Positions 35,730-49,200 of a stretch of 64,000 nt of DNA are shown piece by piece (positions within the stretch are counted from its first letter, which is position 1; the number at the start of each line of letters is the position of its first letter). This DNA is from Eledone cirrhosa. Taxonomy: Eukaryota. The stretch spans positions 45,508,001 through 45,572,000 of the forward strand of contig OZ024740.1 of the NCBI GenBank assembly GCA_964016885.1. The letters are read 5' to 3'. The position numbers and the translations under genes were made by a program. Below the pieces are notes generated by a model that saw nothing but the letters and a program-made list of their open reading frames with translations, did not search any database and was not told the DNA's origin.

Positions 35730-36710
35730 TATAGGAGAAGGACCGCAGGAATCCCTGAATTAGTTTAAAGTTATGACACAAACGACACTAAATCTCTTAT
35801 TTAGTTGTTCGACCAGTTAAAAATAACCCAAAGAAAATAAATAAATTCAGGCTATGAATTATAGATTATCTGCAGATAATCTATAAGGCATTATTAATAA
35901 AAAATAATTAACGAAGAAAGGGTAAAATGTAAACAAAGCTCTACTAACATATTTGTAGCGAGACAGGATAGAACTATTTTATCGTTGTGGCGTAATTTGG
36001 TCGTGCTTGGTCAGTCGCCAGCCCTGTAAGGTTGCTGACGTATGAATACCAATGACCATTTCCGACCAGCAGTAGAACGCGCCTTTTAAAAAACTAACCA
36101 GTTGCACATTGGACACTGGTAGCGTAAGAGGTCTTAACTAGCTTTCCCAGTTTTTGATTTCCCTCTCTAACATTGAGAGCAGTTCTTTAGATGTCTTTTC
36201 AGGGATTTACTATTTATCCGTTCGCCTTTGTTTTACCAATATTCCAATCCCTGACAATAGGTAAGGGTAAATTAGAGCCTGTCTCATGCATTTTTTTACC
36301 TACTAGAAAGAAAACATTCGTTTCGCTGACATCTACACACAAAAAGACTCTTGCTGCATACATTTTTGTAACATGTTCAAACAATCAAAAGAATAAATTA
36401 TTTTTATATAAAAAAAACTGCCTTCTCATCTATAATTTTTGATACTTTGGAACACTTCTCATACCTCTCCATCTGCCGATAGTGGCAATCTTGCTAAAGG
36501 TGATAATGGCCACTAAATATTAATTAACTAAATAAAGATTTTATTACAGTTGTATAAATTTAAAGTAGAATAACGTTACAAATATGTTTTAAATATAAAT
36601 AACATAACAAATATAAAATTATGAACAAAAATGATAAGGGGAGGAGGGCTGTCCGTTTCTTATTTTTTGGGAGGTCCATTTTTTATTTTTTGGGGAGAGG
36701 TTCCGTTTTT

Positions 36711-37100
36711 GGCGATACTTGGTTTTAGTGTCCTAAATTATCATCATCGACATTCAATTATTAGCTCCACCCGCTACACGATACGTCACCAGCTGCTGCT
36801 GCTTGATTTGTACATGTTCATTTTCTTACATGCTTCATTTTTACACGAAAAAACATTGAATTTTTAGAATAAATATTTATTAAAATATTAACAGAGAAAA
36901 TTAGATTTTTGATTTATTTTTTGAACAAAATAAATATTTATTTACAGTTTTTCACAGAAAAATGAAGCATGTAAGAAAATGAACATGTAAAAATTCAAGC
37001 AGCAGCAGCTGATGACGTGTCGTGACGTATCGTGTAGTGGGTGGAGCTAATAATTGAATGTCGATGTTGATAATTTAGGACACTAAAACCAAGTATCGAC
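36711..37100. mobile_element. MITE with about 140-150-bp terminal inverted repeats
   Basis: GGCGATACTTGGTTTTAGTGTCCTAAATTATCA... / ...TGATAATTTAGGACACTAAAACCAAGTATCGAC; no TSD visible. Confidence 0.85.
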
Positions 37101-37187
37101 TTAAATGAAATTTTTATTTTTTTTTATTTTTTTTTATTAAAGCATATCGATGTAAGTGGAGTTATTTAATTAAAATATAGGTGGTCC

Positions 37188-38418
37188 GCATTACAACGGA
37201 ATTGGCTGTCAAGTGAAAGTAGAAGAATGTGACGTCATTCGTCAACCTTCGTTTATTTCCGTATCACCACGCGTTTATTTATGTTTATTTACGTTAGCGT
37301 AGTAATCGATGAAAATATATTTATTTCGCTCTGTATATCAAATTAGAAAACAAGTTAGCGTAATCGATTTGTTTTCAAATGAAAATATATTTACATATTT
37401 CAATAATGTTTCAAAAGCATGGATACAGTAAAGTGAGTACATTTGAAAACAAATCGATTACGCTAAACATATAGAGAATACCAATCAGCACCACCAATGC
37501 AGACTCTCACACAATCCCCACCACCACCACCACGTGTAAATAAATAAACTTTGAAATCACCACGTTGATGCAAAACTTGGTTTTTCACTTTGGGATAATA
37601 CATGTATTTGCAACTTGAAAAATATGAATTCTACATTTTCCCCCAGCGTAAATGGAATTAATTATCGCGATATTTCCATCGGTAAGTTAATATCTAAGCT
37701 TTTGCTTACACGTTAATTACAATTGTAACAGCTAGTCTAGTTTTTAATGCACATGTTAAATAATATTGTATATTATCGTTTTGTTTTAATTGTAGAAATT
37801 CATAAATGGCTGTGTAAACCCTTTCACTTTAAAACAAAATTACAAACCAATTATGTGGTCATTGAAGTTGCTAGAAATAGCAGGCAAATCTTATACCCTC
37901 TACCACATTAAAAAAAGAAAGAACGAAAACGGGAGTAACTCGTTAATATTTAATGAAATATTCGAAGCGTTAGTGCTTCGGACTTGATAAAAAGGAAATT
38001 ATATAGAAATTTTTAAATATTTCGAAAGCACAAGCAATCGTCAAGAACTTTATATACTAATTCCTTTCTTTCTGTGTTCGTGGCAGCTGAGTATCAACCA
38101 TCCATAAATAATTTTTACCCGCTAAGAATCTCAATGGGGAAAATTTTCTTCAATTTCTGCCAGTATTACAAAACAAGGTTATCTTGTAGTTACCCGCGTT
38201 AAATTGTTTTGTTTTTTTTAAAGATAGTCGGTAGTGTTGGCCCCATGAACTTCATTTGTTTTCTAATTTGATAACTATGACTATGAAATAAAACACGTGG
38301 TGATACGGAAACAAATCGATTACTACGCTAACGTAAATAAACATAAATAAACGAAGGTTGACGAATGACGTCACTTTCTTCTACTTTCACTTCTGACAGC
38401 CAATTCCGTTGTAGTGCC
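37188..38418. mobile_element. Non-autonomous Merlin element nested in another Merlin remnant (37138-37187 plus 38419-38803)
   Basis: TIRs GCATTACAACGGAATTGGCTGTC / GACAGCCAATTCCGTTGTAGTGCC; TSD GGTGGTCC / GGTGGCCC; flanks match subterminal sequence of the 31941-34990 element. Confidence 0.8.
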
Positions 38419-39529
38419 GGTGGCCCTTAAAAGGGCCAAATTAGAAAACAAATTTAAGTTAATTAGAAAACAAGTCATTTTCACCAACAGTGGAATTACT
38501 TCTGACAGCTAATACCATGAACTTAAATGAATTTTCACCAACAGTGGAGTTACTTCTGACAGCTAATACCATGAACTATATTTTCAGTCATGGTTATCAA
38601 TGTAGAAAACAAGTCATTTTCACCAACAGTGGAGTTAACTTAAATGAAAATATAGGTGGCTCTTAAAAGGGCCAAATTAGAAAACAAATATATGGTTATC
38701 AAATTGTTTTCACCAACCCTATACATTTATGAAGAAATGTTTAGAAAACAAATTTTTTTCACCAACCTTATTCAAAAGCATGGATACAGTCCACATGGAG
38801 ACATTTTTTTTATTAGGGATTTTCCGTTTTATGTTTTTGGGGAGGGTCCGTTTTTTATTTTAGTGGGTTCATTTTTGGAGTGGGGATTCGTTTTTTAAAA
38901 TCTTTTTGGAGGGTGTTCGTTTTTTAGTACTGTTCACAGAACTCAATTACTCGGAATTTTCTCCTTGAGTTTATTTGATTATATGGGAATATTGTGAGTT
39001 TTTAACTCAACATTTTAATTTTGATAAATTGAGCTCCTGTGCTTTGGTAGAACTTTTACTATGTCAAATGGTTTTGGGCTGCTATTTTTAGTTGTCAAAC
39101 GTTGTGTTCGAGCCACTCGGTACAGAATACGCATGTGTCTTTCCTCACGTGCTTTTTTAGTCTTCTAATGAATTTTAGTAGTGATGAGTGTATTGATTTG
39201 GACATCCATTGATATATTTGAAGGAGAGGAGAAAGTGAGAGAGGTGAGTAGTAAGGATGGTAGTGGTAGAGGGAGTAGAGTGGTAGAGAGATGAGAGAAT
39301 ATATATTGGTGGTGAGTGGAAGAGAGATGAGATGAGGTATACTTGGAAGAATGAATGAGAGATTTAAGCTAGAATAACTGGAAGTCTTTGTTGGTGATAT
39401 TCAAGTGAGAAAGTTGAGTGGCAGGTAATGTGGGATCTGTATCTGTAGAAAGTAACTTTCAACAGAGGTGGTCTGTAGACAGGTGTTGAGAAATTTATAT
39501 CATTTGTAGTGACTGAGAACTATATAATG

Positions 39530-41036
39530 TGACAGAGCCTAGCATTTGTAGTGACTAAAGACCCCTACAATTTGTCTTGACTGAGAGCTCTATATCATAG
39601 TGGTTGAGAGCCCTAGCATTTGTAGTGACTGAGAGCCTTACCATTTATAGTGACTAAAAGCCCTGCTATTTGAAATTACCAAGAGTTCTATATCATAGTG
39701 ACTGAGAGCCCTACCAGTTGTAGTGACTGAGAGCCCTAACATTTGTAGTGACTGAGAGCCCTACCAGTTGTAGTGACTGAGAGCTGTGTCATTTGTAGTG
39801 ACTGAGAGCCCTACCAGTTGTAGTGACTGAGAGCCTTACCATTTGTAGTGGCTGAGAGCCCTACCATTTGTAGTGACAGCCCTACCAGTTGTAGTGACTG
39901 AGAGCCCTAACATTTGTAGTGATTGAGAGCCCTACCATTTGTAGTGACTGAGAGCCCTACCATTTGTAGTGACCGAGAGCCCTACCATTTGTAGAGACTG
40001 AGAGCCCTAACATTTGTAGTGACTGAGAGCCCTACCATTTGTAGTGACTGAGAGCTGTGTCATTTGTAGTGATTGAGAGCCCTACCATTTGTAGTGACTG
40101 AGAGCCCTACCATTTGTAGTGACTGAGAGCTGTGTCATTTGTAGTGACTGAGAGCTCAACCATTTGTAGTGACTGAGAGCTGTGTCATTTGTAGTGACTG
40201 AGAGCCCTACCATTTGTAGTGACCGAGAGCCCTACCATTTGTAGTGACTGAGAGCTGTGTCATTTGTAGTGATTGAGAGCCCTACCATTTGTAGTGACTG
40301 AGAGCCCTAACATTTGTAGTGACTGAGAGCTGTGTCATTTGTAGTGTCTGAGAGCCCTACCAGTTGTAGTGACTGAGAGCCCTAACATTTGTAGTGACAG
40401 AGCCCTACCATTTGTAGTGACTGAGAGCTGTGTCATTTGTAGTGATTGAGAGCCCTACCATTTGTAGTGACTGAGAGCTCAACCATTTGTAGTGACTGAG
40501 AGCTGTGTCATTTGTAGTGACTGAGAGCCTTACCATTTGTAGTGACTGAGAGCCCTACCATTTGTAGTGACTGAGAGCTCTGTCATTTGTAGTGACTGAG
40601 AGCTCTGTCATTTGTAGTGACTGAGAGCTCAACCATTTGTAGTGACAGCCCTACCATTTGTAGTGACTGAGAGCTGTGTCATTTGTAGTGACTGAGAGTC
40701 CTACCATTTGTAGTGACAGCTCTACCATTTGTAGTGACTGAGAGCTGTGTCATTTGTAGTGACAGCCCTACCATTTGTAGTGACTGAGAGCTGTGTCATT
40801 TGTAGTGACTGAGAGCTCTGTCATTTGTAGTGACTGAGAGCTCTGTCATTTGTAGTGACTGAGAGCCCTACCATTTGTAGTGACTGAGAGCTCTGTCATT
40901 TGTAGTGACTGAGAGCTCAACCATTTGTAGTGACTGAGAGCTGTGTCATTTGTAGTGACTGAGAGCCCTACCATTTGTAGTGACTGAGAGCTCTGTCATT
41001 TGTAGTGACTGAGAGCTGTGTCATTTGTAGTGACTT
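39530..41036. repeat. 25-bp minisatellite, about 60 copies
   Basis: Unit CATTTGTAGTGACTGAGAGC plus a variable 5-mer; period 25 (39721, 39746). Confidence 0.97.
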
Positions 41037-41499
41037 CAAGGAATATGTATTTATAGGCTATTTTGTAAATCCAAAGTTACATTCTTTAGTAAAAATCATG
41101 GTCCACATCACAAAACCTTTTCTGTATAAATTGGAAAGAGTCAACACTTTACTCATTTATCTGTTCTCTTCATTTATAGAACAGATAACAGAAAAGTTGA
41201 AAATAGATCAAAACATGAATAAGATATCATAATCATATATCTACCCTTTTGTTACCATATTTCTAATGGAATACACTGCCAATGTCTTACATTGATTTTG
41301 GATGGACTTAGTAAAATAACTTTTTCAATATTTATCTTGTGTTTGAAATATTACTTAAAATGTTCTTACATAAAATTATGATAGAAGGTTCTAATATAAA
41401 TACGAACAGTTAAAAGCAGGCAGTTTTGTATCTTAAAATTCTGGGGTGATTTCAAGTGGGTTAATATAGTAAGTAAAAATATTTGTAAATTTAAAGAAA

Positions 41500-42122
41500 T
41501 ATTTACACAGAAAACAACATTGTTATTGTAAAATAATTTTTAAGAATCCACACACAGAAAAGATGCAATGTTTAGGCAAATTACAGAGGCAGTAAGCATA
41601 AAAGAATTACAACCAAAATTAAATAGAAAATATGAGTGGAACAGCAACATCACAACTTACAATTAAGGACAAAATGAAAACACACACACACATAGAACAA
41701 ACAACTTACAATTAAGGACAAAATGAAAATACACACACACATAGAACAAACAACCAACCAACAATAAATAAATAAACAAATAGATAAATGAACACAAACA
41801 CACACAGACACCCGGATGTGGCGCATGCGCAAACTGAGCACACAACACACACACAGAAACAAAATGGCGTAGGATAGAAGAAAGGAAAGACACAGAAACA
41901 AAGAAAGGAATCCCCAGTCACTGAAGAGGTCACAGAGTGTGTGACGAAAGGACTATGACTATATATAAACAACTATCTGGTTGTGGAACCAACCAACCAA
42001 CCAGAAATTTATAAGTTTGTAGATTTGTAAATTTATAAATTTATAAATATATAATAAATTGAAGTGAAAGCAACTGGTGCGTGTGTTTCTTATTGGCAAC
42101 ATGACCCTCCCAAAGTATAACA
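41500..42122 (+). mobile_element. Penelope-like element terminal fragment (endonuclease C-terminus, promoter motifs, hammerhead, tail)
   Basis: 41544-41666 reads ESTHRKDAMFRQITEAVSIKELQPKLNRKYEWN..*, typical of a PLE GIY-YIG C-terminus; hammerhead at 41916-41960; AATAAA at about 42053. Confidence 0.75.
41916..41960 (+). ncRNA. Minimal type I hammerhead ribozyme motif
   Basis: AGUCA-CUGAAGA-G-GUCACA(GAGUG)UGUGAC-GAAA-G(GA)C-UA-UGACU: perfect stems I and II, CUA cleavage triplet. Confidence 0.8.
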
Positions 42123-42681
42123 ATATCGGTTTCAACACACGATTTCAGATAAAGAATCTTGCTAAACAAATTCAGAAACGAAATTTTTAAGAAGTTTATT
42201 AGAAAAGAAATGATGTTAAAACATCAATATTTGGTTGACTGTTGCTGAGTTAAAATACATAGTATTTAGTTATATATTACAATCATAACTCATAGCTAAA
42301 ACTTAACTAGGGATTATTATAACATATATATATATATCTCTTGAAAAAAAACAAAAAAACATTACCCCTAAAGAAGCCAGCTGAAGAAACCATGCTCCCA
42401 GTATATGCTGCAAGTGGTTGGTATTAAGAAGGGCATACTCTCAGTACACACTGTAAATTGGCAGTTGGTGTCTGGAAGCCATAGAAACTAAGCCAAAATA
42501 AAGTGTACTAGCAGGACCTAGTCACCTGACTGGTTTTGGCCTCAGCATGTGACATTCTATTCAAGCAGAGTGGAACTACTTAATCTAATTTATATAGACC
42601 AGAAATTACCTAACAATGGTAATCTAAACTATAGTGTCTAGCAATTACCTAACCTGTCTCCTTGTAGAGATGGAAACCCAA

Positions 42682-43070
42682 TTTTTACAGAAATACTTCA
42701 TCTACCTCAATATTTTTACACAATTATTTCGTCATTGTTGATATTTTTACAGAAATATTTCATCTGTATTGATATTTTTATAGAAATATTTCATCATTGT
42801 TGATATTTTTACAGAAATATTTCATCTGTGTTATTTTTACAGAAATATTTCATCATTGTTGATATTTTTACAGAAATATTTCATCTGTGTTGATATTTTT
42901 ACAGAAATATTTCATCATTGTTGATATTTTTACACAAATGTTCCATTATTGTTGGTATGTTTACAGAAATATGTCATCTTTGTTGATATTTTTACAGAAA
43001 TATGTCATCTATGTTGATACCTTTACAGAAATATGTCAACATGTTATTTTTACAGAAATGTGTCATCATT
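42682..43070. repeat. About 30-bp tandem repeat, about 13 copies, directly after the TBC1D31 stop codon
   Basis: Unit TTGATATTTTTACAGAAATATTTCATC(ATTG/TGTG). Confidence 0.9.
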
Positions 43071-43094
43071 ATATCATTCTATTATGTCCTGGTG

Positions 43095-43210
43095 TTATGA
43101 CAATGGTTTATTTTGATAACTGTTCTGTGCCAAACGTTGTCGCAGCTGACGAATTTCATTCATAAACTTTGTTTCAGTTCGTATCCTTTGTCTTTCATTG
43201 CTGAAGCAAA
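43095..43210 (-). CDS. TBC1D31: TBC1D31 terminal coding exon (CFSNERQ...MNEIRQLRQRLAQNSYQNKPLS*)
   Basis: Phase 1 acceptor; TAA at 43095-43097; resembles the conserved C-terminal LRQRL motif. Confidence 0.8.
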
Positions 43211-46200
43211 CTGAAAATATTCAAAACACAAACCACAATTAACAAGATAGGCATCACAACCATCATTATCATCACCACCAACACCACCATCATCAATCAT
43301 ATCAAACTGTCTAGGATTATCATTAGCCCTTTACGGTCTGAGTTCAAATTCTGCCGAGGTTAACTTTGCCTTTCGTCCTTCCAAGGTCGATAAAATAAAG
43401 TACCAGTAATGCACTAGGATAATTGCTGGCCTTGTGCCAAAAGTCGAAACAATTATAGCACCACAACCATCATTATCACCACCAACACCACCATCATCAT
43501 CATCACTAACATCACCACTGCCACCAGCATCACCACCACCACCACACCACCATCGTCATTATCCCCATCACCAGCTGCACCACAACAATTACCATCACCA
43601 GCAGCTCCACCAATGTTATCAGCGTCACTATCCCCACCACCATCATCATCATGGTAAATATAATTATAGTTGTGGATGTAGGCATGACTTAGTGGCTCCT
43701 TGAACAAGTGTCTTTACCATAGCCTTAGGTAGATAGCAACTGTGTGGAAGCCTGTCTGATGGATCATACCTGTAATTCAAAGGTCCAGCCTTGTCACATA
43801 TTGGGTAACACTGATTCTGCCTGAGAATTATGTTATGGATACATATGGATGTGGAATACTCAACCACTTTTCAAATTGATTCACAACTCAATGGCTGGAT
43901 GCCCTTCCTATCACCTGTATATACTCACATATATTTTACACACATTCTCAATCTACCATGTATAAATTTAGTTTAAGAATTATCAACAATCCTTTACTAA
44001 ATTCTAGCTGAAAACTGACAATGCATTAAGAAATAGTTATTGTGCTTACAATTTGGAACATTTTCAGTTGAGTCCATGGATATATCAAGATTGTTGTCTC
44101 TGTCTATATCTTGTAAATGATCTGTAGAAACAAATCAATTCAACTATTCAGATTTTGAAGTTTAATAAATTAGCAGCATGGAAATGTTTGACAATAATAA
44201 TTCACAGATGATCAAATATGTTTTTGGGGAGTTTAAACCACAAGTATAATGGATTAGTTGAATGAAAATATTTGACAATAATTCACAGATCAAACGTTTT
44301 TTTGTTTAAACCACAAGTTTAATAAATTATTAGTATGGAAATGTTTAACAATAATTTACAGATCAAATGTTTCATGTTGTTATTATCATCATCATTTTAT
44401 GTCCACTTTTCAGGCTGGCATGGGTTAGATAGGTTGTCACAGTCCAAGATCAGATGGGTTAGAGTGAACTCATTTTGCTAATATGCCCCATATTTAGCAT
44501 GATTTCTATGGCTGGATGAATTTTATTGTGGCGTCAACACTAACACTTAACAGAGTGTATGAGGTTGTCACATGCTAAAGCAGACTGAAGAATTTTCTCA
44601 AAGCCTTTAGTGTCTCCCTTCCACTGCCAAACACCGTAGCCACCAGTCTCTCACCACATTTACTTTTAGTGTTGCAATGCTCGTACTGTAAAACACATCA
44701 AGCTGTTTCCATAGCTTTGTATGATCAAGGTTTAATGTTTTATTTGTTTTGGCCCACAAGATATAAAACCTGTCCAATCCAGCCTGTCCCTCCCCAAAAG
44801 TTTGCCAATCCCTGATCTAAGATAGTGTTTTACTTTAACAAAGTTACATACCTGCATGATTTTCTTTTTCTGTTTCCATATCACATTTCTCAATGTTGGT
44901 TGGAGCCAGTTTAGAAGAATTACAGAGTAGGTCTCTTCTTACTTTTTCTGATACAATCTCCTGTAATGTGAGGCAGAAGTAATAACAATAATCTAAATAT
45001 AATTTAGGCACAAGGCCCACAATTGTTTGGTGGAAGGGGAAAGTAGATTATATTGACCCCCAGTATTTGACTGGTATTTTATTTTATCAACCCCAGATGG
45101 ATGAAAGGCAAAGTTGAGCTTAATGGGAAAGTAAAGAGCTAAAACAAATACTGCTAAGTATTTGTCCAATGCTCTAACGACTGCCAGTCCACTGCTTTTA
45201 TTTAAATATAAACAATAATCAGTTTATTGAAGCTTAATCTACCACTGTATATTTTTTTATAGGCACAAAGTCATTTTTATCATCATCATCATGGCCCCAT
45301 CTAGTCTTGCAATCATCACCATTTAAAGTCCACTTTCTCTGCAAGCAATGGTTGGACGAGCCAAATCAGTACTGAAGTGGGGCTACTGACTTCCCATACA
45401 GGTTAAGGATTCATATCTCACTTATATACATCAGACATAATGTTCCCATAGAAAACACAGCTACTTTATAGTTCTCTCAATATCAATCACTTTAGGGATA
45501 TCTGATATTTTTATACTGAATTCAGTACTTGAGCCTAGGTTAGAAATTAATATTACCTGATGTTTTTTATCTCCCAATAAATCAATCATACACTCCATAA
45601 TTCTTGACTCAAGTTCACTGTGTTTCTTACAGATTTCCTCATCAGATTTCACTGTATTAGAAGACTGAATATATTCACGCAGCATCTCCTAGAAATATCA
45701 TAAAAAAACAGCAATAATAAATATATATATTCTTGGGATATTGATAGACATGAGAATGAGTACTCAATAACAAAATACTGTTTTGATATACTTTATTATA
45801 GCTAGAGTGGTGAGTGTTGTTATTCTGGAGTTTCACCTGTATACTTATAGGATCATCAGACCAGACAGTCTCATCTGATGATCCTATGAGTACTCAGGTA
45901 AAACTCCAGAGTAACAAGACTCACCACTTGGCCATAAGAGAGAAACTATATATATGACCTTATATATATATATGAGTGGATTCCCGCTGGGGATTGGGAA
46001 GTGATCACAGTTAAAAAAGCTACTCAATATGTTGGTAAAGAACAGGCATCTTTATTTTATATGTAGAAGTCATTTCTATGCAATATATATATGTATATGA
46101 GGGTAACCACAGTAAGTAAGGTACTCAATACCTAAGTCGAGTGATGACAGAAGATTATATAGAAAAGGCTTCTACAAGACTAGAACTGTTTGATTTGTAT

Positions 46201-49200
46201 GAAATCATCAGGGCATTCTTGATGATTTCATATGAATTAAACAGTTCTAGTCCTGTAGAAGCTTTTTCTTTTTTACCCCCCCCCCCCTCTTTATATATAC
46301 ATATGAATGTTTGTGTATGTGAAGGTGTGTGGCTTAGTGGATAAGGTGTTCAGTTCATGATTGTAAGGTGGTGTGTTGTGTCCTTGAGTATTTCACATTG
46401 CTCCAGTCCACTCATCTGACAAAATTGGGGTGTACCTGTAACTCAAAAGGTCAGCTTTGTCACACTATGTATCATGCTGAATCTCTGAGGATTACGTTAA
46501 GGACACATATGTCTGTAGAATGCTCAACCACTTACATGTTAATTTCACCAGCACAATGGAACTCCTCCAACATCTCCCACACCCACACATATATCATATA
46601 ATATTTAAATAACACTGTTCAGGTGATTGTAATGAGTTATGATGATAATTGTGTTGTTAATTAATTCATATTACTATTTAGCTGCTAAACAAAAACAACA
46701 ATCTGTGATGTGATATTGTTATTGTATGATATTGTTATTGCTGGTTCATAATAGGTTTACTGCATCCTTGCATGTCATAAAGAGGCATCTAAAAGGGTTA
46801 GTGCTAGGAAGGGTATCTGAATGTAAAACATTGCCTTCAAAAGAACCTCAGGATGGGTATGAAGCTTGTCATGGTGCCCACAAACGAACATCTGCTTTGG
46901 AAGGGAATGTGATCTTAGAGCCCTTGCTTTGTTGCAAATGTCTTTTGAATATTTGTTAAGGTGAAATTTCAAAAACTGTAGTTATATCTACATTAAATTT
47001 ACTTTAATATATTCCGTGTTCTCACATAAATATATATTATTTATGTTGCCAAATGATTGCATGCCATACAAACTAGTCTTACCATTTCAGCTATATTCTA
47101 TACCTTGGTTGACATATATAGTGATGCTCTTAGAGCTGGATTTAATGGGGGGCAATTGCTCCAGGCCCCACCAGCGATGAGGGGAGACACACACACACAC
47201 ACAAAAGGAGACCAAGAATTGTATAAAAAACAGTGCCAAATGCTTGAAGTAGAAGATCAAGGAAAACATGGGAGGAAGTTGTAAAGAATAACATCAAGAA
47301 ATTGAACCCAACAAAGGAGATGACATAAGACAGAGCTGATTGGTGATATGCCATAATATAAAAGACATGCCCACCATTACAGATTAGAGTCTACAGTGTT
47401 TGGCAATCGAATGAAGACAATATAGTGTTTAAGGGAATGCTTTAGTCTGGCCAAACATGTGATGGCCTCTTTAGTACTAGTGCCACGATAAAATGCACTT
47501 AGTAAAATGGGGATGGTTAGATTTTTTAAATTTAATACCTGTATGTATAACTTTTCAATTCCAATTACTTGTGCCAAGATTTTGATATATAAAATTGGGG
47601 GTTTGCTGTAAATTCAAATTTTTTGTGTATGTGGGGCCACCCCAAACCTTAAGTGCCCTGGGCCCCCCAAGGTGTAAATCTGGCCTTGGATGCTTTGGTA
47701 AGATTCCTCTAGAGACAGAATCATAGAGATAGTTACCTTTTGACAACAATCTCAAAAATGTATAAAGGTAATTGCTTATGTTTTAGTGGAAAGTGTTTAT
47801 ACTTCAATCTTTTTACAGCCAGGCTTCTAATTCAAAGACTAGTTATATATATATTAAAGACTATCATTTACATTAACCCTTTCTAGCCATATTTCTAATG
47901 AAATATTTCTAATGAAATATACTCTATTTCAATTAGTTAATGAAGAATTTTGAGGGATTTAAAAAGTTATGTTGAAGATTAAAACAGAATGGCTTTGTTT
48001 CATAGAACCAGGGCAGGTTTTGGCTAGGCTTGTATAAAAAAGGCCTCAACCAGTCATAGGATCCTGTAAGGTAATTTCTGCTTTAACAGTGAAACTAACC
48101 TTAAAATACTTATGTTGTAGCATCATTGATCTACTACAATTGATTAAATGAAATTATTGCTATGCAATATATTTACTTGTTCATACAAACGCTTCTCTAG
48201 CTCTGTTTCAAACTTTTTCATCTCAGCTTCAGTTAAAATATCCTCTACTTCTCTTGCACGCTGTGATTCCTGAAAATAGACAAAACCAGGAAAATAATTT
48301 ATTTCAAATTAAGTTACACAAGGTAAGAAACATAGGCATTCCAATATGGGCAGACTTCATCTCACAGAACCTACAGCACACAAGGTAAGAAACATGGATA
48401 TTCGAATGTGAGCAGACTTCACCTCACAGAACCTACAGCAATCAAATGACATAAGGTAAGAAACATAGGCATTCAAATATGGTCAGACCTCATCTCACAG
48501 AACCTACATTAAACAGCTATGTGTGGATGCTGAGTGCAATCTGAAAGACCTGCCATGAGCAATGGACAGCTGGAGGGGAGGGTCATGGCAATCCATGCAA
48601 CCAGCACACCAAGATGATGATGATGAGGTAAGAAGATAAAATAAAATAGAATGGAATGCATTTCTGTTGGTCTCAATGGTGAGAGTTCCAGTTGTTCAAT
48701 CACTGAAAAATATTGCTTGTGGAATTTACATGCAAGTGGCTGAGCATTCCACAAATATGTGTACCATGAACATATTGCTCAGGGAGATTTAACATGACAG
48801 TGTGTGACAAATCTGGTCCTTCGAATTACCTGAACAGTAAATCTAGTATTATGGTGTAAGTGGTTGAGCATTCTACAGATATGTGTACTATGAATGTAGT
48901 TCTCAGGGAGATTCAGTATGACCCTTTTAATTACAGACTCAGTCCATATTGTATTATAGTGTAAGTAACTGAGTATTCTAGACGTGTGTACCTGTAACAT
49001 ATTTCTCAGAGAGATTCAGCACCACTGTGTGCAACAAGACTAACCTTTTTAATTACATGTACAGTAAATCTTGTACTCTAGTGTAAGTGGTTGAGTATTC
49101 CACAGACATGTGTACCCATAATCTAGTTCTCAGGGAGATTCAGTATAACATAGTGTGTGACAAGGTCAGCCCTTTGAATTACAGGTATAGCCCACCTGAT

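Noticed and set aside
35960-36130. CpG-richer patch as a promoter or exon of a hidden gene
   Set aside because: No ORF, splice chain or clear motif cluster could be supported.
39530-41036. CRISPR-like array
   Set aside because: Variable parts are only 5 bp and recur, there are no cas genes, and the context is eukaryotic. It is a minisatellite.
41521-42122. LTR retrozyme (TGTTAT...ATAACA ends with an internal hammerhead)
   Set aside because: The TSD is imperfect (ACAT/ATAT) and the left part encodes a Penelope endonuclease C-terminus. A Penelope terminal repeat explains it better.
43434-43707. Pro/His-rich ORFs
   Set aside because: Translation of (CAC/CAT)n low-complexity sequence.
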